Source: Chrysochromulina tobinii (taxonomy: Eukaryota). Taken from it: 38,894 bases of DNA. The stretch is taken from the NCBI GenBank assembly GCA_001275005.1, contig JWZX01003402.1, positions 1 through 38,894 of the forward strand. The letters run 5' to 3'. The translations under genes were made by a program, and so were the position numbers. This document shows, in pieces, positions 1 to 10,315 of this stretch. The notes beneath the pieces were generated by a model. The model was not told where the DNA came from and did no database searches. It was given only the letters and a program-made list of their open reading frames with translations. Each line of letters begins with the position of its first letter. The stretch's first letter is position 1.

Positions 1-1
1 C

Positions 2-319
2 CACGGGATCAAAGAGCCGATCGTCGCGGTGCCTCACAATAGCACTGAGATCGTGCGTGGCGTGTACTGGCGCAAGAGTTCGCGGCAACCTCAGGTCGTG
101 TCTAACGGTGATGGCGCACTATCCAAACTATCCCCATGTGCAGGCTGCCCGCAAGGGTCGCTGCGGCCAGCAGGGGCGCTGCTGCGGCACGGCGAAGGCA
201 GCCGCAAGCCAGTTTCCCAAGGTCTTCCTATGCGCGGAGCACTGAGAGGAGAGCTGTTGTACGACCTCTCATCCTGCGCGCCTGTGAACACAGGTGGACG
301 TCAGCAGTGGCCAGGATAG
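2..319 (+). CDS. Possible 3' end of a gene entering from the left edge (hypothetical)
   Basis: Frame is open from base 2 (HGIKEPIVAVPHNSTEIVRGVYW...) to TAG at 317-319; no recognisable motif. Confidence 0.3.
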   Translation, partial: HGIKEPIVAVPHNSTEIVRGVYWRKSSRQPQVVSNGDGALSKLSPCAGCPQGSLRPAGALLRHGEGSRKPVSQGLPMRGALRGELLYDLSSCAPVNTGGRQQWPG

Positions 320-621
320 AGCAGAGAGTGGTGTGCTGGCGCAAACACGTGACGGTGAGGTAGAGTCCGAAGCCGAAGGCGTACGCGATCGCAAACGCGA
401 AACGGCACGACGTCGAGGTGCAGCGTGGGTACCGCAGCGTGCGTGGGAGCGTGGCCATGGTTGTTTGTCATGCATTCGTGGTTGTAGGGCTTATTATGCG
501 GCTCTGTGCTAGTTTGATTGTATTGACAATACACTCGCACCCAGTTTAGTTGCACCACAACCTCCGCCGCCATGTTCACAGGCACTCCCCCCAGAAGTCT
601 CACGTCGCAGCGTCGTCGCTG

Positions 622-1932
622 TCACTCGCCCAGCTTGAACACGCGCCGCACGTACGCAACAAAGGCGGTGCGGTTCAAATGCACCGCGCCGCCGCCTGCG
701 GCCTCTCCACTCCTTCCCGTCGTCTTCCTCTCCATGTCGGCCGGGAACACGGATGCCACAAAGGAGTGGTAGTGCACGCCGCGCCCTGTCGCCACCGCAG
801 CATAGCACAAGCGAGGGCGACGTGATGGAATGATCTCAATCATCCGACTGGCAGGGGGCATCCGATAGGCGTTGCCCATCGCGGCGCCATGCACACCGAT
901 GAGCCCCGCGAGCTCGCCGAATGCCGACGCCGGCCATGTTCTATTCAACCTCTCAAAGGACAATCCGCGAGAGGCCCAAGGCAATTCTCTCAGCTCCGCC
1001 AGCACTCGCCTTTCGTCCGCGAGCGCGCGTGGCATCGGCGGCTCGCGGCTGATGAAGACTACGCGAGCTCCCGCTACAGCGCCGCGGCCGCCGGTCCCGC
1101 TTTCGCCCATGCCATTGGCCGCGCCGCCTTGGATCGCCTCAAAGTACGGCCAGTATGCGTGTCGCGGGTAGGCATCAATCCAACCAGCGCCCCAGCCGCG
1201 CTCTTCTTCAGATGATGAACTCATGTTGGACGCATGAGCACGCGAGGAGAGGGCGAAGGGATAGGCGAAGCGGGGCACGCTGCCCGCGCGGCAGCCGTGC
1301 TCCACCCCCGCGCTCATCGCCTCTTGGAAGGAGACCGTGCGCACGCCAGGCAACGCGACGGTGAGGTTGAGGCTGGGCACTGCGAGCAGGCCATTAGATC
1401 CTGATGGCGTCGAGCGTGTGTTGACGACGATGGAAACGCCCGGGAATGCGTGCAGCACAGGAGCTGCCATGCCAAGCATGGGCAGTGTGTTGATGATGCC
1501 GTGTTGCCAGTGCGAGAAGTACGGGTCAAAAGCGCCCACGTGCAGAACCGAAGTCGGTGGCGACCGGGAGTCGCTATTCGCATCACGGCACAACACCTCG
1601 TAGCGACGGCCTCCCATGTTTCCATGAAGGTGGATTCGGGCGCAATTGCAGAACCCGATTGCCACGATGTCATTGGCTGGCTCAAAAGGCAGCGTACACT
1701 CCTGTGCGATGTCGTCGGCTCTTGGATAACTGATGGGTTTGGGATCACGGGCTGCACGGCAGCCACCCGCAGGAAGCCGGGTGAACAGTGCAGTGTCATG
1801 CAGGCGCCAAACAAACTCGGGCGTAAACTCGGTCATATGTCCATGAACCAAAAACGTCTTCGCGGTGCGCTCCCAGAATGGTGCCCCGACGACTGAGCTG
1901 GAGGTGTCGCGCATCGAGGGATCTCCACGCAT
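622..1932 (-). CDS. Glycosyltransferase family 61 (DUF563)-like protein
   Basis: Motifs YFSHWQHGIINTLP, RVVFISR...RALADE and LAGLIGVHGAAMGNAYRMPPASRMIEIIP match the GT61 C-terminal signature (xGxHGAxxxN..F/M.P...VIEI). First ATG at 1932; the true start may be 2038 (see findings). Confidence 0.75.
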   Translation of the reverse strand: MRGDPSMRDTSSSVVGAPFWERTAKTFLVHGHMTEFTPEFVWRLHDTALFTRLPAGGCRAARDPKPISYPRADDIAQECTLPFEPANDIVAIGFCNCARIHLHGNMGGRRYEVLCRDANSDSRSPPTSVLHVGAFDPYFSHWQHGIINTLPMLGMAAPVLHAFPGVSIVVNTRSTPSGSNGLLAVPSLNLTVALPGVRTVSFQEAMSAGVEHGCRAGSVPRFAYPFALSSRAHASNMSSSSEEERGWGAGWIDAYPRHAYWPYFEAIQGGAANGMGESGTGGRGAVAGARVVFISREPPMPRALADERRVLAELRELPWASRGLSFERLNRTWPASAFGELAGLIGVHGAAMGNAYRMPPASRMIEIIPSRRPRLCYAAVATGRGVHYHSFVASVFPADMERKTTGRSGEAAGGGAVHLNRTAFVAYVRRVFKLGE

Positions 1933-2100
1933 CACTCCGCGCGCGCGCGCCGCAGTTGACGGAGAAAGTGCTGCTCAACACGCAACCGGCACACGCCCGC
2001 AGACAAAATATTACGATCAAAAAGTCTGGAAAACGCATGCAACTCAAGTCCAGCATGTATACTTGTACATGTAACAGTTCTACCCCAAAGTTCTACCCGT

Positions 2101-2479
2101 TAGATTAAACTCATACTCAGACACCACGCGTCGATCAACCTCCATGCACACCAACAGAACACAAAATAACGTAACGTCACCACCCTCCCCCACAGGGGGA
2201 GAGTGGGACCACCCCCCTCTAAGGGAGTGGCCATGACGTCCAACACCTGTCACAACAACAACAAAAACGAAACCTCCCAACCCACCCCCCGTCGGGAAAG
2301 CGGGGTTCGAGGTGTGGGTTTTTACTAAGGGGGGTCTAGTTAGTGTACACCACTGCAGACTGTACTGCACCGTAGTACACGCCCATCGCGTTCGGGTTAT
2401 GTTCGTCAGGCCCTAGGGTGCGCGCGTGTATAGGTATGGTCCGGTCACCAAAAGCAAACTTTCCTAGATTAAACTCATA
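2101..2479. repeat. 15-bp direct repeat TAGATTAAACTCATA bracketing a hairpin-rich 349-bp segment
   Basis: Identical copies at 2101-2115 and 2465-2479; internal inverted repeats such as AACCCAC...GTGGGTT. Confidence 0.55.
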
Positions 2480-2667
2480 GCAGGGTTTTTCCGACAGAAT
2501 AACAGGAAGGTGACCCATGCGCGCGCGCGCGAGCGGAGTGTGCCATCTCTCGCCCCTATGGACGAAGCCGAGAAGCCGGAAAAAAGAAAACACAAAAGCC
2601 CTCCTCAGTCTTCGTTGCTCCGCCAGCTCGCTTGGAGGAGGAAAGATCCACCACCTGCGCGCATCTG

Positions 2668-3741
2668 TTAGGTGGTATTCCTCTGTACTTTCTCGCACGA
2701 GGCCTGCATGGCGCGAAAGAGCCCAACCACCTGCTCTCTGGCTTGCCCAGGGTCCGGGTGGATCCTCGTGTGGTCCGACAGGTAGCTCGCGCATTGGCAC
2801 AGGCTCGACTGCGAGCTGCCGGTTGCGGTGCTACTAGTGCACGCAGGCGCCGACACGTGGTCGATCTCGTCGATCGGGATTACGGGGACTCGCTGTCTCT
2901 TCATGGCCACCGCGACCGCTTCGTCTGACTCAGCAAGCAACCCGTTCACACTCACGTTGCCTCCCGGAGCAGGACCGGCCACCAAGCCCCATCCGGTGAT
3001 GAATGAGTCGGGGTGGCAGATGGGCGTGCTGGAGCGCCAGAAGACTGCGCGGCCACGCTGCCGCGCTGCTGCCACGGCCGCGGCGAGTCGAGGCGCTCCG
3101 ATCCCGAGACTGCCCTTACGCCACAGGGCACTATAGTAGCTCAAATTGCCCTTGACTGTCGTCCTCTTCTTCCCGAAGCTTTTTTTACTAAGTTGTACGA
3201 TGTCGTCGAGACCCACGTTGATCAAGACGGCGTCGCCAGCGCGGATCTGGAGCGTCCGCAGGGAGGTGTCGTTGCGCGAGGACGGTGCGCTGCCTTCGTG
3301 GTCGTCACGCGTGAGAGCGCGAACGAGCTCGTCCTCCGGGTGGTGCATGCGCTGATGCCACACAAACGTGAGGAACCCTCCATGCGAAAGCTGGACTGAG
3401 CAGCTGCAAGGGCCAAGGCACGAGACGCCTTGCCCGGGTCGACGGCCATGCGACTCCCCACCTCGGCCGCAGAGCATCTTCTGCTCCTCAATGCCTTTTG
3501 AGCGGCCACCATTGAGCAACGCGAGCGCCGCAAAGAAGTGCACACGGGACACACTGTTCCCAAATAACCACAGGGTGCCGTTTGTACGGACACAGCTGTG
3601 CGGCCAGACATGAGGAACATCGCTTCTGGGCAGCTGGTTCTGCTCTGCTTCCCACCGCTTGAACGCATCCTGCGTCGCTTTGAACGCGTGATGGCTCATG
3701 CCCGTGTCGCCTTGAACCTGCATTACGAGTGCACCCAGCAT
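2668..3741 (-). CDS. SGNH/GDSL-fold protein, PC-esterase/TBL-like (putative polysaccharide O-acetyltransferase/esterase)
   Basis: LWLFGNSVSR (GDS-like block I), DAVLINVGLDD (block III-like), VFWRSSTP and C-terminal DHTRIHP (DxxH-like). Confidence 0.65.
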   Translation of the reverse strand: MLGALVMQVQGDTGMSHHAFKATQDAFKRWEAEQNQLPRSDVPHVWPHSCVRTNGTLWLFGNSVSRVHFFAALALLNGGRSKGIEEQKMLCGRGGESHGRRPGQGVSCLGPCSCSVQLSHGGFLTFVWHQRMHHPEDELVRALTRDDHEGSAPSSRNDTSLRTLQIRAGDAVLINVGLDDIVQLSKKSFGKKRTTVKGNLSYYSALWRKGSLGIGAPRLAAAVAAARQRGRAVFWRSSTPICHPDSFITGWGLVAGPAPGGNVSVNGLLAESDEAVAVAMKRQRVPVIPIDEIDHVSAPACTSSTATGSSQSSLCQCASYLSDHTRIHPDPGQAREQVVGLFRAMQASCEKVQRNTT

Positions 3742-3776
3742 CACACCGAACGAAGGTTTCTGATTTCTGTTCTGTC

Positions 3777-3839
3777 AACTGTGCATGAGGTGGCGTTGGT
3801 GAAACAAAACTGTGCATTGAGGTGGCGTTGGTGAAACAA
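3777..3839. repeat. Tandem duplication of a 31-32 bp unit
   Basis: AACTGTGCAT(T)GAGGTGGCGTTGGTGAAACAA x2, just upstream of the SGNH gene. Confidence 0.85.
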
Positions 3840-3910
3840 AGTAACCGTTTTGCATCTTGCATGCGAGCGACACAACTTACCGTGACATTTAGACGGAAAC
3901 CTCACACCCT

Positions 3911-6028
3911 TCAGAAGACGATTCGGATCTTCTCGATGTTGCCCAGCCTGGGCCCATCAATGAGCTCGGGGCACAGCTCCATCTTGAGCAGCGTCTCGTA
4001 TCCCGATTGCAGCAGGCCCGATCCCGATCGAGCTACGAGCTCGTAGCCCGATTGCCTCTTGGGTCGAGCCCTCCCATCGCCCCGCGCGCGCCGTGCCGCC
4101 TCCTGCTCAGCCGTGAGTGCCTTGCCGCGCTCATACGCGCGGAAGCAGCTCACGTCCCAACGCTCGTCTGCGGGTAGCCCATCCCGACGCATCGCATACA
4201 CTATCCGGAGGGCCTCTTCGGCCTTGCCTGCAAGTCCGCACACACGCAGCAGCGCATGGTATGCGGACTGCTCGGCGGTGGGCGGCTCGTTCGGCAGCGT
4301 GTATGCGGGTGCGCCGCCCGAACGCTGACGAGCGGCGAGCACCTTTGGGCGCAGGTGGCGCTTCCAGAGTGCCAGTGCCAATTGAACGTCCGCACCGCAG
4401 GCGCAGACGAGGGCATGGGCGACGGCCGCGGGCGGCGGCGCATCGGCAGGGATGAGGCCCCTAGCCTCCGCATCATCCGCCATCGCGGCCGCCCGGCGCG
4501 CACGCTCAGCGCTCAAGGCGTCCTCAGTGCCTTGACTGCACGCCCGGCCCGTTCCCATCTCAACGTCATCCAAGGCGGTGGCACTCGTCTGGCGTAGGGC
4601 AGTGAGTGCGAGGGAGAAGGAATGCGCGTCCGGTGCCGGCGGGTGGAGGCGCTGCCACGCCCATCGCTTGCTATCCGCTTCCGAAGCCCGATTGGCGGCC
4701 ACGTCATCTTCCTTCGGGGCATCCGATATCCCCGTCGCTCCCGCCGCCGCTCTCGCCGCCGCTCTCGCCGCCGCCGCCTCCGCAGCGCACATGCGCTCAA
4801 AGTGGCTCAGTGCGGCGTGAGGCCGTCCCTGCGCCAGCAGTGCGCGCAAGTATAAGTTGTGCGAGCGCGGCTGGTCGGCGCGCAGGCCGTCGCGCGCCTC
4901 CATGAGCGCGAGAAGTGATGCGACACGATCCGGGCGTCCCAGCCGGATGTGACTCTCGCAAAAGTGCTCCCAGCACGTGAAGCTACTCGTCGGTGTTGTG
5001 CGCTTGCGCCCCCAGCGCCACACGCCCCGCGCGGCGCGCAGCGTCGGCTGTAGCTTGAGCAGGATGCACAGAGTCCACTCATCAGGCTGCATCCCGTCCG
5101 CCGCCATCGCGTGCAGCACCCATGCAAACGGCTCGCCGCGCTCGCCTAAGACCGTGAGCATCGAGTTGTACGTGTCGGTGCCGGGCGGCGGAGCGCCGTC
5201 CATACCATCGCGCATGTCCTGAAGTAGCCGCAGCGCGCCCGTCTTGTCGCGCAGCCGCAGCCGCGCCTCGATCGCCAGGTTCCACAACACCGCTGGCGCA
5301 GGCGCACCCTGCCCCTGTCCCTGCGCACGTGCCGCGCGCCGTTGGCTCTCGAAGAGGTCGATCACGGTCGGAAAGCGGCGTGCGTGCTTGGCGGCCGTCA
5401 TGGCTGCCGAGTAGGACCACGAGTCTGGCCGTGCGCCCGGCCAGCGCGGGGCACCGTGCTCGGCGCGCTCGAGCAACCTGAGAGCCACGAGCGGCCGGCC
5501 GCACCGTGTCTCGGCCTTGAGCAGCGCATTGAGCGTGTACGCGGTCGGAGTCAGCTGGCAGCGGCGCAGCAGGCGGTACGCAGAGTAGGCGGCGGCGCGG
5601 TCGCGCTGCTTCGCCGCCTCCTGGATGAGCAGATCAAAACTACCGGCAGTAAGAGGGAGCTGGCGCTCGTGAAAGCTCCTCAGCAAGCCGAGCGCATCGG
5701 CAGAGCAGCAGTGGTGCACGAGGGCATTGACTGCGAGGTGCGCGGTCGCAGCGTCGGGCACGACGCGATCGCAGCCGTACAGGTGTGCTATGAGCTCGGA
5801 TGGCAGTGACGCATGTGGGCTCTGCCGAGAGAGACGCAAGAGCCGTTTGTACATGTCGAGCACGGCAGGAACTTTCCCCTCTGTGAGGCTCACAGCGGTG
5901 TCAACGTGCTTAAGCACGGAGGCTGCAGGTGCACCACTCAGCAGCTGCTCTTCGGCGACGCGCGCGTGTGGAAGTGCGGCGCGCGGCAGGAACAATGCAG
6001 GCACGAGCAGCTGCAGCGGCGACCACAT
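3911..6028 (-). CDS. Pentatricopeptide repeat (PPR) protein, probably organelle (plastid) targeted
   Basis: Multiple PPR motifs (TAYTLNALLKAETRCGRPLVALRLL, DSWSYSAAMTA, TDTYNSMLTVL, AYHALLRVCGLAGKAEEALRIVYAMRRDGL). First ATG at 6028 gives hydrophobic N-terminus MWSPLQLLVPALFLP. Confidence 0.85.
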   Translation of the reverse strand: MWSPLQLLVPALFLPRAALPHARVAEEQLLSGAPAASVLKHVDTAVSLTEGKVPAVLDMYKRLLRLSRQSPHASLPSELIAHLYGCDRVVPDAATAHLAVNALVHHCCSADALGLLRSFHERQLPLTAGSFDLLIQEAAKQRDRAAAYSAYRLLRRCQLTPTAYTLNALLKAETRCGRPLVALRLLERAEHGAPRWPGARPDSWSYSAAMTAAKHARRFPTVIDLFESQRRAARAQGQGQGAPAPAVLWNLAIEARLRLRDKTGALRLLQDMRDGMDGAPPPGTDTYNSMLTVLGERGEPFAWVLHAMAADGMQPDEWTLCILLKLQPTLRAARGVWRWGRKRTTPTSSFTCWEHFCESHIRLGRPDRVASLLALMEARDGLRADQPRSHNLYLRALLAQGRPHAALSHFERMCAAEAAAARAAARAAAGATGISDAPKEDDVAANRASEADSKRWAWQRLHPPAPDAHSFSLALTALRQTSATALDDVEMGTGRACSQGTEDALSAERARRAAAMADDAEARGLIPADAPPPAAVAHALVCACGADVQLALALWKRHLRPKVLAARQRSGGAPAYTLPNEPPTAEQSAYHALLRVCGLAGKAEEALRIVYAMRRDGLPADERWDVSCFRAYERGKALTAEQEAARRARGDGRARPKRQSGYELVARSGSGLLQSGYETLLKMELCPELIDGPRLGNIEKIRIVF

Positions 6029-6300
6029 CGTGCGAGCGAAGCCGCCGTCGTGGGCACTGAAATGCAATGGGAATTTGAAGGGGACGACTCGTCATATAAA
6101 TCGCAGCGCGTGAACGCACGCAGCGTCGCGGCGCAAAGCGAAGTTTCCGTCTAACGATCCCTCGAGTGCTTGCGCGGCGCGCGCGCGCACACGCGCTTCG
6201 TGCGTTCGTGCGCTGCGCCTGCGTGCGCGCGCCTCGAGGCCATAAACGTGCTCCAGTGCGCGAGAGGAGCGTCCTTAGCGCGGGCGCGGGTGTCTTTGGG

Positions 6301-7623
6301 ATGGGTGTTCCGCCGCCGCTTGTCGATGCAGGTCTCGTCGCGCCGCCTTCATCAACGTCAGCCACCTGCAACACGAGCGTGACTGATATATATATCAACT
6401 CGATATATGATAGGCGCATTCATCCTTGGCCGCTCTGGGTGTACCCAGTTGCCGTGAAGGCCGGGTGCTATAGCCTCGTGGCCCTGCTGCGATGTCATGA
6501 TTGCGGCGCAAATGTGACGCAGCGACTTTTTGAGGCGGTGAAAAGCACTTCAGCACATCAATTGCCATGGTTGCCAAATCGCACCGTTGGCCATGGGGAG
6601 AACAAGAATGAGCTGTGCATTGCCATATCGATGACTATTCCAGACGAGTGGCTTGCTTTTTACACTCGGTTGTGGCCTGAATTGCAGCGCCAAAATCGCA
6701 CTTTCTCGCTGGTTACGGTTCATTCAGATGCATCAACGCCATACGAGCTCTTCGCATGTCGCATGCGGAACAGCAGTAAACTCCGCTCGTTCCTGGCTCA
6801 TCCGCTACTGCAGCACTGGTACACCATGAACTATGACCTGCTGCCAAGTGCTGGGCGTCGCATTCGATTCACGACGCACGACTCCTACGAACGGAGCTGC
6901 ATAGAGAAGATCGCATGGTACCCTCAGCACGACTCTGATATTCATCCCATTCACGACGCAGATCTGGTGTCCAAAGTCTCGCCATTACCCATCGGGCTGC
7001 CTCCGTGGGAATGCAGCGATCCGATGTTGTCGGAGTGGCGTGCTGAGGTGCAGAAGGTCAAACCACAACAGTCCCGCGTCCTGAAAATTCTGGTTACTTT
7101 TGCACAGTCCATCGGATGCTACGGGCCCTGTGATCGGCGGAAAGAGGCCCTCCAAGAGTTGCGCAGCTCGAGCACTTTCGTCCTACGTCGCGTACCTAGG
7201 GCGCGGATGTATGAGACCATGGGCAACTTCTCGTTCGTCGCGGCACCCGCCTCACGTGGCCAGGACACCTTTCGGTTCTGGGAGGCGATCGGCCTCGGCG
7301 CGTTTGCCATCGTTCAGGCTGGACCTCTGCAAGGCCTCTATGAACACTTGCCTTGTGTGATAGTCTCGGCATGGAGCAACATTACCAGCGATAAACTACG
7401 CGAATGGCGCGACATGCTTGTTCACCGCTTCGGATCGCTTCCACACCTCGACGGACGCGTGCGCGAACTCCTCAGCGACGCCTATTACGCTGAGAAGATT
7501 CGCCGTGCTCAACCCCTGTTTGGGGTGCGGGGGGGCAGCCCACGGGCCCTTGTAAACCACACTTGCCGAATGTCGGACGGCGGTGTGCTAACTGAGAGCA
7601 ACCGAGCGAAGCTAGGATGCTGA
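6301..7623 (+). CDS. Exostosin-like (GT47-related) glycosyltransferase
   Basis: C-terminal FSFVAAPASRGQDTFRFWEAIGLGAFAIV...LYEHLPCVIVSAWSNIT resembles the exostosin motif (F.L.P.G.G.D..R.WEAL..G..PI); first ATG at 6301. Confidence 0.7.
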   Translation: MGVPPPLVDAGLVAPPSSTSATCNTSVTDIYINSIYDRRIHPWPLWVYPVAVKAGCYSLVALLRCHDCGANVTQRLFEAVKSTSAHQLPWLPNRTVGHGENKNELCIAISMTIPDEWLAFYTRLWPELQRQNRTFSLVTVHSDASTPYELFACRMRNSSKLRSFLAHPLLQHWYTMNYDLLPSAGRRIRFTTHDSYERSCIEKIAWYPQHDSDIHPIHDADLVSKVSPLPIGLPPWECSDPMLSEWRAEVQKVKPQQSRVLKILVTFAQSIGCYGPCDRRKEALQELRSSSTFVLRRVPRARMYETMGNFSFVAAPASRGQDTFRFWEAIGLGAFAIVQAGPLQGLYEHLPCVIVSAWSNITSDKLREWRDMLVHRFGSLPHLDGRVRELLSDAYYAEKIRRAQPLFGVRGGSPRALVNHTCRMSDGGVLTESNRAKLGC

Positions 7624-8238
7624 TGGGACACATTGCAGTGATGAGATCCGAAGCCCAAGGGAGAAGCGGGCCTTGACCGACATCACGAACGCGAAGATTG
7701 ATGCGACGGTGCGGACGCTCAAGACCCCGTTCAGAGACATCACACAAACATCATCTGATCGACCCAAGCGAGTGCAGGTCCACATCGTCGAGATTTGGGA
7801 TGCTCGAAGATGATTTGGATTGAGCTCAAGTGGAGCAAAGTTTTCTGGACCTATCTGTGAAACCTATACCGAAGAGGCACTCGAAAGTTGTCATAGACGT
7901 GTACGGTACAGTCGTGTGTTCGTTAAGGTTGTGCTCGGCTAGGATGTTGGGACTTGGGTTGTTGCCTCATGACTTTTCGTTATGATATTTGATTACAGCT
8001 GAACTTCTGAAAATCGGTCAGAGTCGTTCGACGCGAAGCCGCTGATCGCGCACCGCGCGCCGCGCCTGGGGCCTACGCAACGGCCGTACACGCGACACGC
8101 TTCGCTTCAGGTTCCCGGTTCCACGGGTTCAGCTATACCGCCACCGCATCCCATCGCGGTACCCGAGCAGGGTCGCATCAGCCACATAAGTATCTTATAT
8201 CTGTTAGGTTTGTGCGCTGCTATCTTGAAACGGCCTTT

Positions 8239-9975
8239 TTACTCCTTTTCCGCGTTCATGCTGCCCCCTGGGACCAACCGGTCGACACACTCTCGATTGA
8301 TCTTGTAGCCATGTCGCTTGTGGATGGCGTTTATGCTCTCGTTGGTCCAAGCGTATGCGCCGTCGATTTGGTAACGGCTGCGTGTGCGAAGCCTTGTGAG
8401 CACAAAACCGCGCTTTTGAAAATGGTGGGTGATGAGCACGTCGTCCGCCAAGAAGCACTCAGGCGGCACTGGGACAGATGGCAAGTCTCGGAGCATCGAG
8501 GCGCGCAGGCCGATGCCCCTGAAGCCCATCACGCAAGCGCCGAGGGCAGCACCGCAGCTCGTGTCGCGACCAGAGGAGAAGACGGCACCGCCCAGGCTCG
8601 ATCCCACTGCACATGCAAAGTCCTCGATGAACGTTGACTCGTACCACACATCGTCGTCACCTACGACAACGATGGCGTCGTTCGTTGTTGCGCCATTCCC
8701 ATTGGCGGCACCCGCGGTCAACATCGTGCTTCCAAAGTACTTGGTCAGCGGCCCGGCGTCTCGATCGACGTGCATCACTCTGAGCAGCGGGTCTCGCGCG
8801 ACGGCTGGCGCGAGCACAAAGTCCATCGAGCTCAACGGCGGCCGCGTGTACCTTCGAGGCACTGTGAGCAGCACGAGATCGGGCCGGCGAGTCTGCGCCC
8901 GCATATTCTCGAGCACGCGTCCCATGCGCGCGGCGCGCAGCGGTGTCGAGGTCAGCAAGAAGATAACACGTTCTCCTGGGCGTGCGGTACAGGCGCTTGC
9001 GCGCACCATGGGCCACGCGGCCAGCCCTCCGACGTGCCTGGGCCGCAATCTTTCGCGAGCTGCGGAGCGTCCGCTGGCGCCGTCGCCTTCGGCAAACTGG
9101 GATGAGAGTAAACCGCGAGGCCGCAGCACCATGTCGCGGTACGTTTGCCACGAAGCTGGAAACTGCTGGCCAGGAAAGTGGAGGAATGCCGGCTGGACAC
9201 CAGTGTGCACATTCGTCACATAGCCGCGCTCCACGCGATAGTGTGCGCTAAACTCCGCGCCATCGCGCAGGTTTATAATGGCTGCGAGCCGCTGCTTGAC
9301 ATCAAATGCCACCAGCTCCGGATAGCGCAGGGCGAACATGCCCATCCCCAGCTGCGGATCCATCCTGCCGTTTTTGCAGCACGACAGGTTGGTGGTTGCA
9401 ACCGCGTGCCACATCGCGTGCATGAGCCGAGCTGGCCCCATGACGAAGCCGCCGTTAATGTGCCTGTTGCCGGGCAACGATGGGGTCGGGATCGATGGCA
9501 CGGGCACGCAAGAGCTGGGCACGCAGCCCGTCTCTAGAGCCATGACGAGTTGCTGCCGTGGAAGCGCCTCTGCTACGACCTGACGGTACGCCTCGACAAC
9601 CTGAGCCTCGCTGGCGGCTTGCACGACGCCATCACTGCTGTCCATGGCGACGACCAAGTGCTCTGGGTCGCTCAACGAGAGCTTGGATGCGTGGTCATCG
9701 TACTGCAATGACATCCACAACCATCCTCGCCATGACGATGAGTTACCAAGCATCTCAAGACGCATGCCTGCTCCCACGCTCCGCGTGAAAGCGCGCGTGC
9801 GTTCGAGCTTGAGCTGGCACGCCGCACTCCGGCACGCACCCTTGTTAGACGAGACAGAGGTGATCGTGAGAGCCGGCATGTGTGTTGCGTTTTCGGCCGC
9901 CAACGGCTTCGCACGCCGCAAAACGCGGACGCAACAGTGACGCAACGCGCGCGAAATGCGCGCGATGTTGTGCAT
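8239..9975 (-). CDS. Two-domain glycosyltransferase: PLOD-type GT domain plus GT-A (GT2-like) domain
   Basis: N-half: VVAMDSSD, ETGC, HINGGFVMG, DPQ, PAFLHFPG (PLOD GT pattern). C-half: LTSTPLR...QTRRPD, DAGPLTKY, IVVVGDDDVWY, CFLADDVLIT. Start at 9975 or 9879. Confidence 0.7.
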   Translation of the reverse strand: MHNIARISRALRHCCVRVLRRAKPLAAENATHMPALTITSVSSNKGACRSAACQLKLERTRAFTRSVGAGMRLEMLGNSSSWRGWLWMSLQYDDHASKLSLSDPEHLVVAMDSSDGVVQAASEAQVVEAYRQVVAEALPRQQLVMALETGCVPSSCVPVPSIPTPSLPGNRHINGGFVMGPARLMHAMWHAVATTNLSCCKNGRMDPQLGMGMFALRYPELVAFDVKQRLAAIINLRDGAEFSAHYRVERGYVTNVHTGVQPAFLHFPGQQFPASWQTYRDMVLRPRGLLSSQFAEGDGASGRSAARERLRPRHVGGLAAWPMVRASACTARPGERVIFLLTSTPLRAARMGRVLENMRAQTRRPDLVLLTVPRRYTRPPLSSMDFVLAPAVARDPLLRVMHVDRDAGPLTKYFGSTMLTAGAANGNGATTNDAIVVVGDDDVWYESTFIEDFACAVGSSLGGAVFSSGRDTSCGAALGACVMGFRGIGLRASMLRDLPSVPVPPECFLADDVLITHHFQKRGFVLTRLRTRSRYQIDGAYAWTNESINAIHKRHGYKINRECVDRLVPGGSMNAEKE

Positions 9976-10315
9976 GACAAACTCGCAAGTGGAAATCAAA
10001 CGTAAACCTGGTCGCGTAGGTTGGTGAATGCGGCATCAAACTACACAAAGGCAGCCTGGTGAGCTCACACAGACACACATTCACATTCATACACATTAAC
10101 AGTTTAACACCATATGGCGGGTTGCGTCTTGCGTGACAGTGGTGACGTTCGGTATAGTACCGGGATCGCATCTCTGCACCAGTTGGTCTTTCAACCGGTG
10201 GTCTTTCAACCGGACTCGGTCGGTCGCGTCGTCGCGCGATTCCCCGCGTTTCAAATTCACGAGAGAACCCGCTTTCCTTTTCGATTTTGGGCTGCGATCG
10301 GCCACAATCATCCAC

